In this document: positions 8,417-15,948 of the stretch, in pieces | Position numbering within the stretch: position 1 is the first letter of the stretch | How the letters are laid out: each line of letters begins with the position of its first letter | Origin: Acaryochloris marina MBIC11017 | GTDB lineage: Bacteria; Cyanobacteriota; Cyanobacteriia; Thermosynechococcales; Thermosynechococcaceae | Reading direction: 5' to 3' | DNA: 32,000 nt | Assembly: GCF_000018105.1 (NCBI RefSeq) | Contig: NC_009928.1 | Span: 60,001-92,000 of the forward strand | Made by a program: the position numbers and the translations under genes | The notes under the pieces: generated by a model | Seen by the model: the letters and a program-made list of their open reading frames with translations, nothing else | Database searches by the model: none | Told to the model about the DNA's origin: nothing

Positions 8417-9235
8417 TTATTTGGACTGGGATTTTTGAGGTGGAGACTGAGTTTGAGCCGTTCTCTGAGTCGCTGATTTGCGCCGATAACTATCGGCTTG
8501 AATTTCGATAATCAAGCCATGATGAATTAAGCGATCAATGGCAGCCACCGCCATCATCGAATCAGTGAAAATGTCATCCCATTGGCTGAAGGGTTGATTC
8601 GCTGTAATCAACAAACTTTTTCGTTCATAGCGATGCGCAATTAATTCAAACAGAACGGACGTTTCCGCTTCCGACTTTTTGCAATAGCCCAAGTCATCCA
8701 AGATCAACAGATCATAGCGGTCCAGTTTTTTGAGCATTGGATGCAGCTGCAGTTGGAGCTTCGCCTGTTGCAGTTGCTGGACCAATGCGTTGGCTGCAAA
8801 GAACTTCACCCGCTTACCGAATTCCAGCATCTTTTTGGACACCCCAGTGGCCAGATGTGTTTTTCCAACACCCGAGGGCCCCAGAATAAGGCAATTCTCG
8901 GCGCGCTCCAACCAACCCGGATCTGCGGCTAATTGCATCAAGGGAGCTGGATTGAGCTGGGGACAATGGCTAAAGTCAAAGTTGGTAAAACTTTTTGCGT
9001 TTGGGAGCCTGGCTTCGGTGAGGGCACGTTTTAGACGAGCTTGTTCTCTTCGTTGGGCCTCCGTTTCGCACAAGGCTAGTAAGAATTCCGCATAAGACCA
9101 GTTTTCCTGCATGGCTTGGGATTCGATAGATTCCCAATGGGTCAACATGTGGGAGAGCCTGAGCTTTTTTAAATAGAGGCTCAGGTGCTGGTAGGGGCTC
9201 AGCGGGGACTGAGCAGGAGGGGAGGAGTTTGTCAT
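8417..9235 (-). CDS. istB: IS21-family helper ATPase IstB
   Basis: Walker A GPSGVGKTH, Walker B LLILDDLGY, and LFELIAHRYERKSLLITANQPFSQW. Start set at ATG 9235 (MTNSSPP), homologous to the copy 2 start. Confidence 0.85.
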   Translation of the reverse strand: MTNSSPPAQSPLSPYQHLSLYLKKLRLSHMLTHWESIESQAMQENWSYAEFLLALCETEAQRREQARLKRALTEARLPNAKSFTNFDFSHCPQLNPAPLMQLAADPGWLERAENCLILGPSGVGKTHLATGVSKKMLEFGKRVKFFAANALVQQLQQAKLQLQLHPMLKKLDRYDLLILDDLGYCKKSEAETSVLFELIAHRYERKSLLITANQPFSQWDDIFTDSMMAVAAIDRLIHHGLIIEIQADSYRRKSATQRTAQTQSPPQKSQSK

Positions 9236-10712
9236 AAAGTTCAAGTGAATGTTGTTCAATGCTGAGTTCAGGAACCTGCTTCATCTGAGGCGGCTCAAAC
9301 TGTTTTTTCAGGCGATTGAGGGTAAGGCTGGATGAGCGAAGCTGCTGCTGTAAGTACACTGCTACGGCCTGTTCTTTATCTTGAACCGCAGCAATATACA
9401 GGGCTTCCACGATGATCTTGGCAGCCTGCTCCAGGTCAAATTGGGCTTTGAGCTGTTCCCAGATTTGGCGGTATTCAGGATTGGGAAGTAGGTCTGATTG
9501 CCAGGTGCAATAGATAAAAGCACGAGGCTTCAATCGCATTGAACCAATAACATGGCGATAGTTGATGCAACGGTCGCGACGTTTGCCTTTGCCACTGACG
9601 CGCTTCCTCGGCAATTCCACCACCGGGTGTCGCTCCAGATAGCCGACAATCCGGTCATGGTATAGATGCAGTTCCAATTGACGACCAATCAGTCGAGAAG
9701 GGACGGTGTATAGAATGCAGCGAACATCGATGGTGCTGCGTTTGCTGACTTTAGCCGTGAGCACTTCATAGTCAGGGGTTCGATATTTGGGCAGTGGTTG
9801 TAGATGGTCTTTCTCTTGCTCATACTTGGTTTGGCACTGCTGATTCAACTTGGCAACCTGTGCATCAATTAAGGCTTGATACTCAGCAACGCTCGTAAAA
9901 TCTGCACTGCCGCGCAGATAGATCGCCTGCTTAATTCGGTTTTTGAGATGGCCATGGGGAGATTCAATGGAGCCATTCTCATGGGCTACACCTTTGTTGT
10001 TACGAGTGGGTTCTAGCCGATAGTGGTCACACAGTTCGTCGTACAAACGCGTGAGGTTTTTGGACCGGCGGCCGCCCATGTTGCGATAGGCTGCACTCAA
10101 ACTATCAGTACGATGCTGTGTAGGAACACCTCCACAGGCTGCAAAGGCATTTTGCAATCCTTCTGAGAGGGCAACAAAGCTTTCGCCTCCTTGGATGATC
10201 TGGGCATATCGCCAGCCGCTATATCCCAGACGGTAATGGTATATCAGGTGCTCAAAGGGTTTGCCGGCAATGGTAATCGTGATGCCTTTGAGTTCTGTAA
10301 AATCGGAGAACCCTTGTACCCCTGGTTCATGACGCAATTCAAACATCACTTCAGGGCTTGGTCCATGTAAGGCTTTCCACGTTCTCACCCGACGTTGTAG
10401 GGTCCGCAGGACTTGGGGATACTGGCCTGGATACTTATCCTGCAGGTACTCATACAGGGTCATGGGTTTGAGGCGTGGGTCTCGACGCAGCATTGGTTCT
10501 AGCTCGTCTTCCCACACATCAGCTAAGGGGTCGGGAACGGTGCGTTGGTCCTGAAGGCGGCCGCGATTAGGTTGATGGGTGCCGGCCTCAATTCGTTGTC
10601 CGGTTCTTGTAGATATTTCGGCAATGTAAGCTGCATCAGCTTGTTTTAAGCCGAGGTCTCTTCCGTTCATATAAACACGAGTATGATAGGAATCAATTCT
10701 TTTGTTAGGCAC
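8976..10712 (-). CDS. istA: IS21-family transposase IstA
   Basis: 578-aa ORF with a GTG start, an N-terminal HTH and a DDE region (..HRTDSLSAAYRN....NNKGVAHENGSIESPHG). About 70 percent identical to the copy at 15949. Its last ~86 codons overlap istB. Confidence 0.85.
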   Translation of the reverse strand: MPNKRIDSYHTRVYMNGRDLGLKQADAAYIAEISTRTGQRIEAGTHQPNRGRLQDQRTVPDPLADVWEDELEPMLRRDPRLKPMTLYEYLQDKYPGQYPQVLRTLQRRVRTWKALHGPSPEVMFELRHEPGVQGFSDFTELKGITITIAGKPFEHLIYHYRLGYSGWRYAQIIQGGESFVALSEGLQNAFAACGGVPTQHRTDSLSAAYRNMGGRRSKNLTRLYDELCDHYRLEPTRNNKGVAHENGSIESPHGHLKNRIKQAIYLRGSADFTSVAEYQALIDAQVAKLNQQCQTKYEQEKDHLQPLPKYRTPDYEVLTAKVSKRSTIDVRCILYTVPSRLIGRQLELHLYHDRIVGYLERHPVVELPRKRVSGKGKRRDRCINYRHVIGSMRLKPRAFIYCTWQSDLLPNPEYRQIWEQLKAQFDLEQAAKIIVEALYIAAVQDKEQAVAVYLQQQLRSSSLTLNRLKKQFEPPQMKQVPELSIEQHSLELYDKLLPSCSVPAEPLPAPEPLFKKAQALPHVDPLGIYRIPSHAGKLVLCGILTSLVRNGGPTKRTSSSKTCPHRSQAPKRKKFYQL

Positions 10713-11022
10713 TTGTACAGCCCTCTATTGATTAGGGATGTAAAAAGTGTCTTTTTTCTTGAGATTGAATTCTAGAAACGCGATCTCACACATCATTTCT
10801 AGGGAATTGAGATCTAGTTTTATCCTTCTCAGGGGATGCCTGGTTTCTTCATAGCTATAGCCGACGTGACATCGTCATTAATCCGTCAGCTCGATTGTCG
10901 TCTAATAGAAGATTTATGAAACAGGAATTTCGCTCACTAAACAAGCAATGAAAGGCATTGAGAAACGATTGAAGAGACATCCTCAGTTACCCAAGTGGGA
11001 CATCCTAATTCATCCAATTTAG

Positions 11023-11562
11023 TACGGGGCTTCTTTTCAGGAAATCACCTTACACATTGCTTCTAGTACTGCTGTATGGTACAAAACCGGTATGCCACCG
11101 ATTCCCATTCGCTGGGTCTTGATCCGCGATCCTCAAGGTCGATGCAAGCCACAAGCACTGCTTTGTACAGACCTAGAGATTAGCTCTATCAAGATGATGC
11201 AATGGTTTCGACAAGGTTGGCAGGTTGAAGTCACTTTTGAAGAAGTCCGTGCCCATCTCGGTGTCGAAACCCAGAGACAATGGTCAGACCAGGCGATTCT
11301 TCGCACCACGCCTGCACTTCTAGCACTCTTCTCCATTGTGACCGCCTTAGCCCATCAATTGCAGTCAACACATCCAGTCGCTTGTCCCATGACAGCTTGG
11401 TACCGAAAACTAAATCCATCATTTGCAGATGCACTCGCACAAGTTAGGCGGCACTGATGGCAGCTTCAGACTTTTCACACGTCAGTTACAGATAAGGATG
11501 TGATCAAAGTCCCTAGGAATTTATTCAACACCTGGTCTGAGCTTCTCTGCTATGCTGCTTGA
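11023..11562 (+). pseudogene. C-terminal fragment of an IS701/IS4-like DDE transposase with an in-frame stop
   Basis: ..SSTAVWYKTGMPPIPIRWVLIRDPQGRCKPQALLCTDLE...WQVEVTFEEVRAHLGVETQRQWSD...VRRH*WQLQTFHTS...LCYAA*. TGA at 11455-11457 interrupts the frame. The N-terminal two thirds of the gene are absent. Confidence 0.6.
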
Positions 11563-11577
11563 TTGGATAAAGTCGAG

Positions 11578-11823
11578 TTAAGAGGTTGTTGATTTAGTTG
11601 GACCTTGTTGAGCTGATTGACCATCTGGAAAGCTAGGATATGGGTTCATTTCATCCACAGTTACCCTTAAAGCAGCTTCATTGCTACTCAAGAGGTTATT
11701 GCAATGGAAAGCGCATACCCAACAGCCTCGATTACTCATGTCTTTGGCTTTCATTAACACCCCGCCATTAATGGATGGGTCTCGTCCACAAAGGCAGCAA
11801 GTCATGGTGTTTTGCTTATTCAT
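11578..11823 (-). CDS. Small Cys-rich hypothetical protein (possible zinc ribbon)
   Basis: ORF starts at ATG 11823 (MNKQNTMTCCLCGR...GCWVCAFHC). Two CxxC-like clusters. No homology recognised. Confidence 0.3.
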   Translation of the reverse strand: MNKQNTMTCCLCGRDPSINGGVLMKAKDMSNRGCWVCAFHCNNLLSSNEAALRVTVDEMNPYPSFPDGQSAQQGPTKSTTS

Positions 11824-12047
11824 AGGGGCTTGAAAGTCTTTTTTACCTACTATATACACCTACTGTTCGAAGATTGCAGTGATTAAAAAATTGCAATGCT
11901 GTGATCTAAAACACTTAATCTTTTTCAATCTGGAATAATTCTTCGAAGGAGTGATAAAGCTTTTATCCCTAAATTTATCAAGGCATATAGGCAATCTAAT
12001 TATAGACCCAGAAACTCGGAAACATCATCAATTTTTAGGTAAATAAA

Positions 12048-12218
12048 TCTCCCTCTTGGGTGGGAGAAGTCTTTCAATCTAGTGGGGGTAGATTCCCCGC
12101 TGCTTGCAGCGAAGAAATGGGATTGCAATCCAAATCTACGGTTTGGGAACAAATCGTATTCCATACCCCGTCTGCTTGCAGCGGGGTAGTTGATTTCACT
12201 CATTGGGGATGAGGGAGA
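12048..12218 (-). other. Highly structured element: candidate cis-regulatory leader / ncRNA, or a MITE-like repeat
   Basis: Twin hairpins carry the same GCTGCAAGCAG core (12095-12113 and 12166-12186), and there is a GGATTGCAATCC palindrome. A closing helix pairs TCTCCCTC (12048-55) with GAGGGAGA (12211-18), competing with a local helix to GGGAGA at 12062-67. On the minus strand the local helix is followed by UUUAUUU. Confidence 0.3.
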
Positions 12219-12415
12219 ATCGTCTTCAACCCAACCAATAGAAATACACAAGTAACCCATCTGGTGCCCTGCCAATAAGGATTAGAATGACCTTTTTCCT
12301 CACCCTATCAGTCTATTCCCGATTTGTTTGATTGACCCAGACCTTTTGGCCGCTAACAAGAGTCGATGAATCAGAAATCTCCATCCAAATGGCGAAGCGA
12401 TTGAGTGGATGAGCG

Positions 12416-12661
12416 TCAAAGGCTACCAACAAACTTGAAACGGGGGCATTGAAGTGCAATCATCTCTGCCTTCGTTTGTGGGTCAAGATGAGTAGCAACA
12501 ATGACAGCTTGGAGATCAGGCCAATGATTTTCTATACCTTTGATCCCACATCCATACGATGGTAAGAAGGTTCCATCCCAAACAATTTTACTAAGGTTGA
12601 GTTTTTGCAAATGGATACAATTCTGGCAAGACTTTTTGAGTTGGTTTGAGGAGTCTGGCAT
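12416..12661 (-). CDS. 81-aa hypothetical protein, copy 1 of a duplicated module
   Basis: Same length, start and stop as the ORF at 24033..24278, with about 72 percent aa identity. GAGG lies about 10 nt upstream of the ATG. Faint Cys-containing LRR-like pattern (CQNCIHLQKLNL...LQCPRFKF). Function unknown. Confidence 0.45.
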   Translation of the reverse strand: MPDSSNQLKKSCQNCIHLQKLNLSKIVWDGTFLPSYGCGIKGIENHWPDLQAVIVATHLDPQTKAEMIALQCPRFKFVGSL

Positions 12662-12751
12662 CTAGAACGGCCTCAACATAACTAATGCTACCAATGAACA
12701 TGTGTGAGTAAGATCTTCTTCTTCACACATATCATATAGGGAGAAAATCAG

Positions 12752-13027
12752 CTATTCTCGTTTCCTGCTGCTTCCTCTATTCTTCTCTCGAGGTCTTGCC
12801 TTGTTCACTTTCAGGGAACGTCCCATCCATTCGGCACCATCTAGGTCTTCAATGGCTTTGACTTCATCAGCATCATTCCCCAAATCAACAAAGGCAAAAC
12901 CCCGTAACTTACCAGTCTCACGGTCTTTTGGGAGATGAACATTTGTGACTTCTCCATATTCAGAAAAAATGGCCCTGAGATCTTCTTGAGCAACTTCGTA
13001 AGAGAGATTCCCAACGTAAATCGACAT
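12752..13027 (-). CDS. RRM-type RNA-binding protein (cyanobacterial Rbp family)
   Basis: RNP2 IYVGNL and RNP1 RGFAFVDL motifs. 91 aa with a short basic tail. Confidence 0.9.
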   Translation of the reverse strand: MSIYVGNLSYEVAQEDLRAIFSEYGEVTNVHLPKDRETGKLRGFAFVDLGNDADEVKAIEDLDGAEWMGRSLKVNKARPREKNRGSSRKRE

Positions 13028-13269
13028 AAATAATACCCAAAATCAGCAAGGTGAGGACTAGACATGCCATCATTGTTTAAGCTATCGTCCCACAACTATT
13101 TAACTTCCTCCTTCCGCGAAATAAAGTATTTTCCTGACATTATGAGAGACTAGTACTTTGGTATCTTCCTCAAAAAATACTTCAGTTTCAGCCGATAGGT
13201 TGGAGTCTTCAAGGAAATTTGCAGCATATTCAATTAACTTTGCCTAATTAAATCATAGGCGGGAGGATA

Positions 13270-14109
13270 TCAATGAGCATCTTTGATATTGAAGAGGAAC
13301 GGAACGCCAGATTGTTCAGACCCACCATTTACTAAAACTTCTGGTACTTGAGAACCTCCTTCTCTCCATGCCTGTATAGCTTCTTTTTGCAACACCAACT
13401 CACCACCCTGAGCTTTTAGGGTTTCAGCGAGTAATCTTTGCGCTTCAGCCTTTCCCCTGGCTCGGTTTATCTCGGCTTGAGCCTCTTGTTCTGCTTCTTG
13501 AGCAACATAAATCGCTCGTTTAGCCCTTTGTTCAGCGATTTGCTTATCTTCGACGGACTTGGCAAATTCAGGTGAAAATTCTAAATCAACCACACTGGTA
13601 TCGAGAACAATAATGCCGTATTTGTCTAACCGGGCACCCAAGACATCATCAAAGTCTTGTTTTAGTTCTGTTCTTTGAGTAATAGCCTCTTCAACGGTTT
13701 TCCTTGATGCTGCAATTTTGAAGGATTCCTGGGTTTGGGGAGCTATGATTTTAGTAACTATATTTTCTAGGCTGCCTTGTGTTCTACGAATTTCCACCAC
13801 TTGAATTGGATCAAGCCGGAAATTGATGGCAAAACGAGCATTCAAATCTTGTAGATCTTTAGTGGAACTTTGGGCTGGAACTTCAAATTTTTGCACCGTT
13901 ACGTCATAAACATCTACAGCAGATATTAAGGGAGGTTTGAAGTGAATTCCTTCCAAAAATGCAACGTCTCTAGCTTTCCCTAGAATGCTGACAACCCCAG
14001 CTTGGCCGGGATTAATCACAAAAAAACTACTTAACCCAAGAATCAGAAGGCTTATTACTACACTGATAAGCGGTAATAAATTATTACTGAACGGATTTTG
14101 TCTTTTCAA
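13270..14109 (-). CDS. SPFH/Band 7 protein, prohibitin family
   Basis: N-terminal TM helix, then an SPFH core (GQAGVVSILGKARD...TKDLQDLNARFAINFRLDP) and an Ala/Glu-rich coiled coil. Apparent TTG start. Confidence 0.85.
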   Translation of the reverse strand: MKRQNPFSNNLLPLISVVISLLILGLSSFFVINPGQAGVVSILGKARDVAFLEGIHFKPPLISAVDVYDVTVQKFEVPAQSSTKDLQDLNARFAINFRLDPIQVVEIRRTQGSLENIVTKIIAPQTQESFKIAASRKTVEEAITQRTELKQDFDDVLGARLDKYGIIVLDTSVVDLEFSPEFAKSVEDKQIAEQRAKRAIYVAQEAEQEAQAEINRARGKAEAQRLLAETLKAQGGELVLQKEAIQAWREGGSQVPEVLVNGGSEQSGVPFLFNIKDAH

Positions 14110-14219
14110 GATGGGTTCTTAAGGCAATGAATAACTGCACAGCCTTAAGTATAGTCATACAAACTGGGTTATTAATTTGAGCGGTCCAAACTGTTTGATC
14201 ATAGTAAGGTACAGTGCTT

Positions 14220-15284
14220 CTAAGTACTGGACAAAAGTTGTAAAGATTGCAGGAACTCACGTTCATTACCGGGAGAAGGATTGAGAATCATCTGCCGAAA
14301 ATGGTCAAATCCTAAACGGAATAGACTCTTTGCTCGACGTTCATGGGTTTTGAGGGCAATGGGTTTGAGTTGATGTAAAAACAGCCCTGTCTTCATCGCC
14401 CAATACAATGCCAAAGTCAATAGGGCAAATAGCTTTCGTAAGCGTTCCGCTTCAGTAAAGTGAGTCGATTCAAGACAAAAACCGCGAGTTTTGAAAATAC
14501 CAAAGAGGGTTTCAATTCCCCATCGCAAGGCATAATCATCAATGAGCTGGTCATCTTGTGTCGGACCAATCACAACCAGCAGTGCACCATCTTCCAAGCG
14601 CAGTCCTTCCACCGCAACCGGCTGTCCCCATACACGGCAGTCACCTTTCAGGCGCTGGCGTTGACCCACTTGGAGATGAGCAAAGACCACCTTGGTTTGA
14701 AGGGCCTTACCCTGGCGCTCAATTTTATCCGTCGCTCGAATTCTGAGCCGAAACGGCAAGAGTGGAGCTAAGCGTAAATAGCGAACCCAAAGCTGGCCAA
14801 TGAATTCTCGATCCCCACACAAATATCGGATTTGGAGATCAGGGCAGATATGCAGGAGCGCTTCAACAAATCGCATCCGTTCATCACTACTGGAGTTGCC
14901 TTTCTTCTGGAGCATCCACCACAACAGAGGGAAAGCAACTCCCTCATGGACGACACCAATGCTGAGGATGTTGAAGCAGTGAGTACCAAACTCCCAGGTG
15001 GTGCGGTCAATACTCAAGACCCATGGCTGTGGAGTTTGCATCCAGTCGATGACCAGCTTGGCGATGGTCGCATACTCAAGGTCAAATCCTCGGAAGAAGC
15101 GTTGCAAACGTTTGTACTTGGAGTCGGATTGAGCGCTCCCTTCAAACCCCAGTGCTAATTCACTCAGGTTAACGGTTTTGACCTTAAACAAGGCCAACAA
15201 GAACAAGGTCAGGAATGATAAACGGGCACCATGCCAGTTCAGGTGGGGTTGGAGAGCACTTTTGAGTTCGCTATATTGAGTCAT
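14220..15284 (-). CDS. IS4-family DDE transposase
   Basis: 354 aa: LNWHGARLSFLTLFLLALFKVKTVNLSEL...YKRLQRFFRGF...SIDRTTWEFG...LCGDREFIG...YALRWGIETLF. This pattern resembles the Synechocystis ISY203-type transposases. Confidence 0.85.
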   Translation of the reverse strand: MTQYSELKSALQPHLNWHGARLSFLTLFLLALFKVKTVNLSELALGFEGSAQSDSKYKRLQRFFRGFDLEYATIAKLVIDWMQTPQPWVLSIDRTTWEFGTHCFNILSIGVVHEGVAFPLLWWMLQKKGNSSSDERMRFVEALLHICPDLQIRYLCGDREFIGQLWVRYLRLAPLLPFRLRIRATDKIERQGKALQTKVVFAHLQVGQRQRLKGDCRVWGQPVAVEGLRLEDGALLVVIGPTQDDQLIDDYALRWGIETLFGIFKTRGFCLESTHFTEAERLRKLFALLTLALYWAMKTGLFLHQLKPIALKTHERRAKSLFRLGFDHFRQMILNPSPGNEREFLQSLQLLSST

Positions 15285-15361
15285 GGGGTTTCTAGGGATT
15301 GTGGTAATCCTATTGAAATCCCACCTCTATAGACCTTTCAAGCTTTTTGTCCTGTACTGAG
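14220..15361 (-). mobile_element. IS4-family element (ISY203/IS4Sa-like), 1142 bp
   Basis: Inverted repeats are CTAAGTACTGGACAAAAGTTGTAAAG (from 14220) and the reverse complement from 15361, CTCAGTACAGGACAAAAAGCTTGAAAGG. The transposase fills the element. No target duplication was found. Confidence 0.75.
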
Positions 15362-15755
15362 ATCCTTGAGGGCCTCACTCATAAACTCTCGCCAGACGGG
15401 TGCCATCCATCCGCCCCCCGTTGCCCCCGCTCCAATACGGGCGTAGTTGTCATTTCCTTCCCACACCGCTACGGACAGTTGAGGAACGTACCCCACAAAC
15501 CAAACATCTCGTTCAGATGAAGTTGTACCTGTCTTACCCGCAGCCGGACGGCCAATCTGGGCCGCAATGCCCGTCCCACTCTGAACGACGGTTTGTAACG
15601 TGCTGTTCACGGAGGCCACCGCCCATTGATTGAGTACTAACTTGGGTTGTGGGGGGTTATCAATCAAGGCTTTGCCAGAGCGATCCGTGACTTGGAGGAT
15701 AGCAGTCGTTTTAGACTGCCAACCATTATTGGCAAAGGTAGCGTAGGCAGAGGCC
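15362..15755 (-). pseudogene. Class A penicillin-binding protein, C-terminal transpeptidase fragment
   Basis: SAYATFANNG...AGKTGTTSSERDVWFVGYVPQLSVAVW (KTG motif). The upstream end abuts the IS3 inverted repeat and the downstream end runs into the IS4 inverted repeat, so the last 6 codons and the stop come from the IS. Confidence 0.8.
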
Positions 15756-15948
15756 TGAAGTGAACCCCTGAGTTGAGTGACAATTACGTAGACAGAGGTT
15801 GTCAATTGCATAGTCTTCTCTAGGAATCAGGATCTAGTTCAATCCAGAGATCACATCTGCAGAGAGAGCATCAGTCACTTTCGATTTTTTATATCCCCAT
15901 ACAGGAAAGACACTAGGGTTTGTACTCCTACGCAATTAGGAACCTCTA

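Larger units (their letters stand above)
8240..10833 (-). mobile_element. IS21-family element, copy 1 (istA-istB); ends approximate
   Basis: Ends were placed by alignment to copy 2. The right tip reads (plus strand from 8240) ATTGGATGTCAACCCCATAGGC, against GTTTAATGTCAATTAGATAGGC for copy 2. The left tip near 10833 reads (reverse complement) CCTGAGAAGGATAAAACTAGATC, followed by a second internal repeat ATCTCAATTCCCTAGAA. No target duplication was found. Confidence 0.65.

Noticed and set aside
8263-8511. 82-aa plus-strand ORF next to istB.
   Set aside because: It lies inside the right terminal-repeat region of IS21 copy 1 and overlaps the istB 3' end. Nothing supports it.
12081-12190. Possible CRISPR repeats: two similar ~20-nt units, CCCCGCTGCTTGCAGCG and CCCCGTCTGCTTGCAGCG, about 73 nt apart.
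   Set aside because: There are only two copies, of unequal length and context, with no regular repeat-spacer periodicity and no cas genes. They fit better as twin hairpins of one structured element.
12000-12275. 91-aa minus-strand ORF from the six-frame track.
   Set aside because: It is a translation straight through the hairpin-rich element; the repeated AAS(R/S)(R/G)G comes from the repeated DNA core. It has no SD sequence or recognisable start context and its composition is odd.
14084-14266. Possible continuation of the PBP C-terminus to the left of the IS4 element (60-aa ORF).
   Set aside because: No target duplication links the two IS4 flanks. The peptide has no PBP features and part of the ORF is IS sequence.
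15756-15790. TGAAGTGAACCCCTGAGTTGAGTGAC first read as the left terminal repeat of IS21 copy 2, because copy 1 has TGAAG..CCCCTGAG at a similar distance from istA.
   Set aside because: Splitting it at 15771/15772 explains more. The outer 16 nt complete the IS3 right repeat without gaps. An 8-bp duplication appears. The inner part pairs with the true IS21 right end at 18466-18487.
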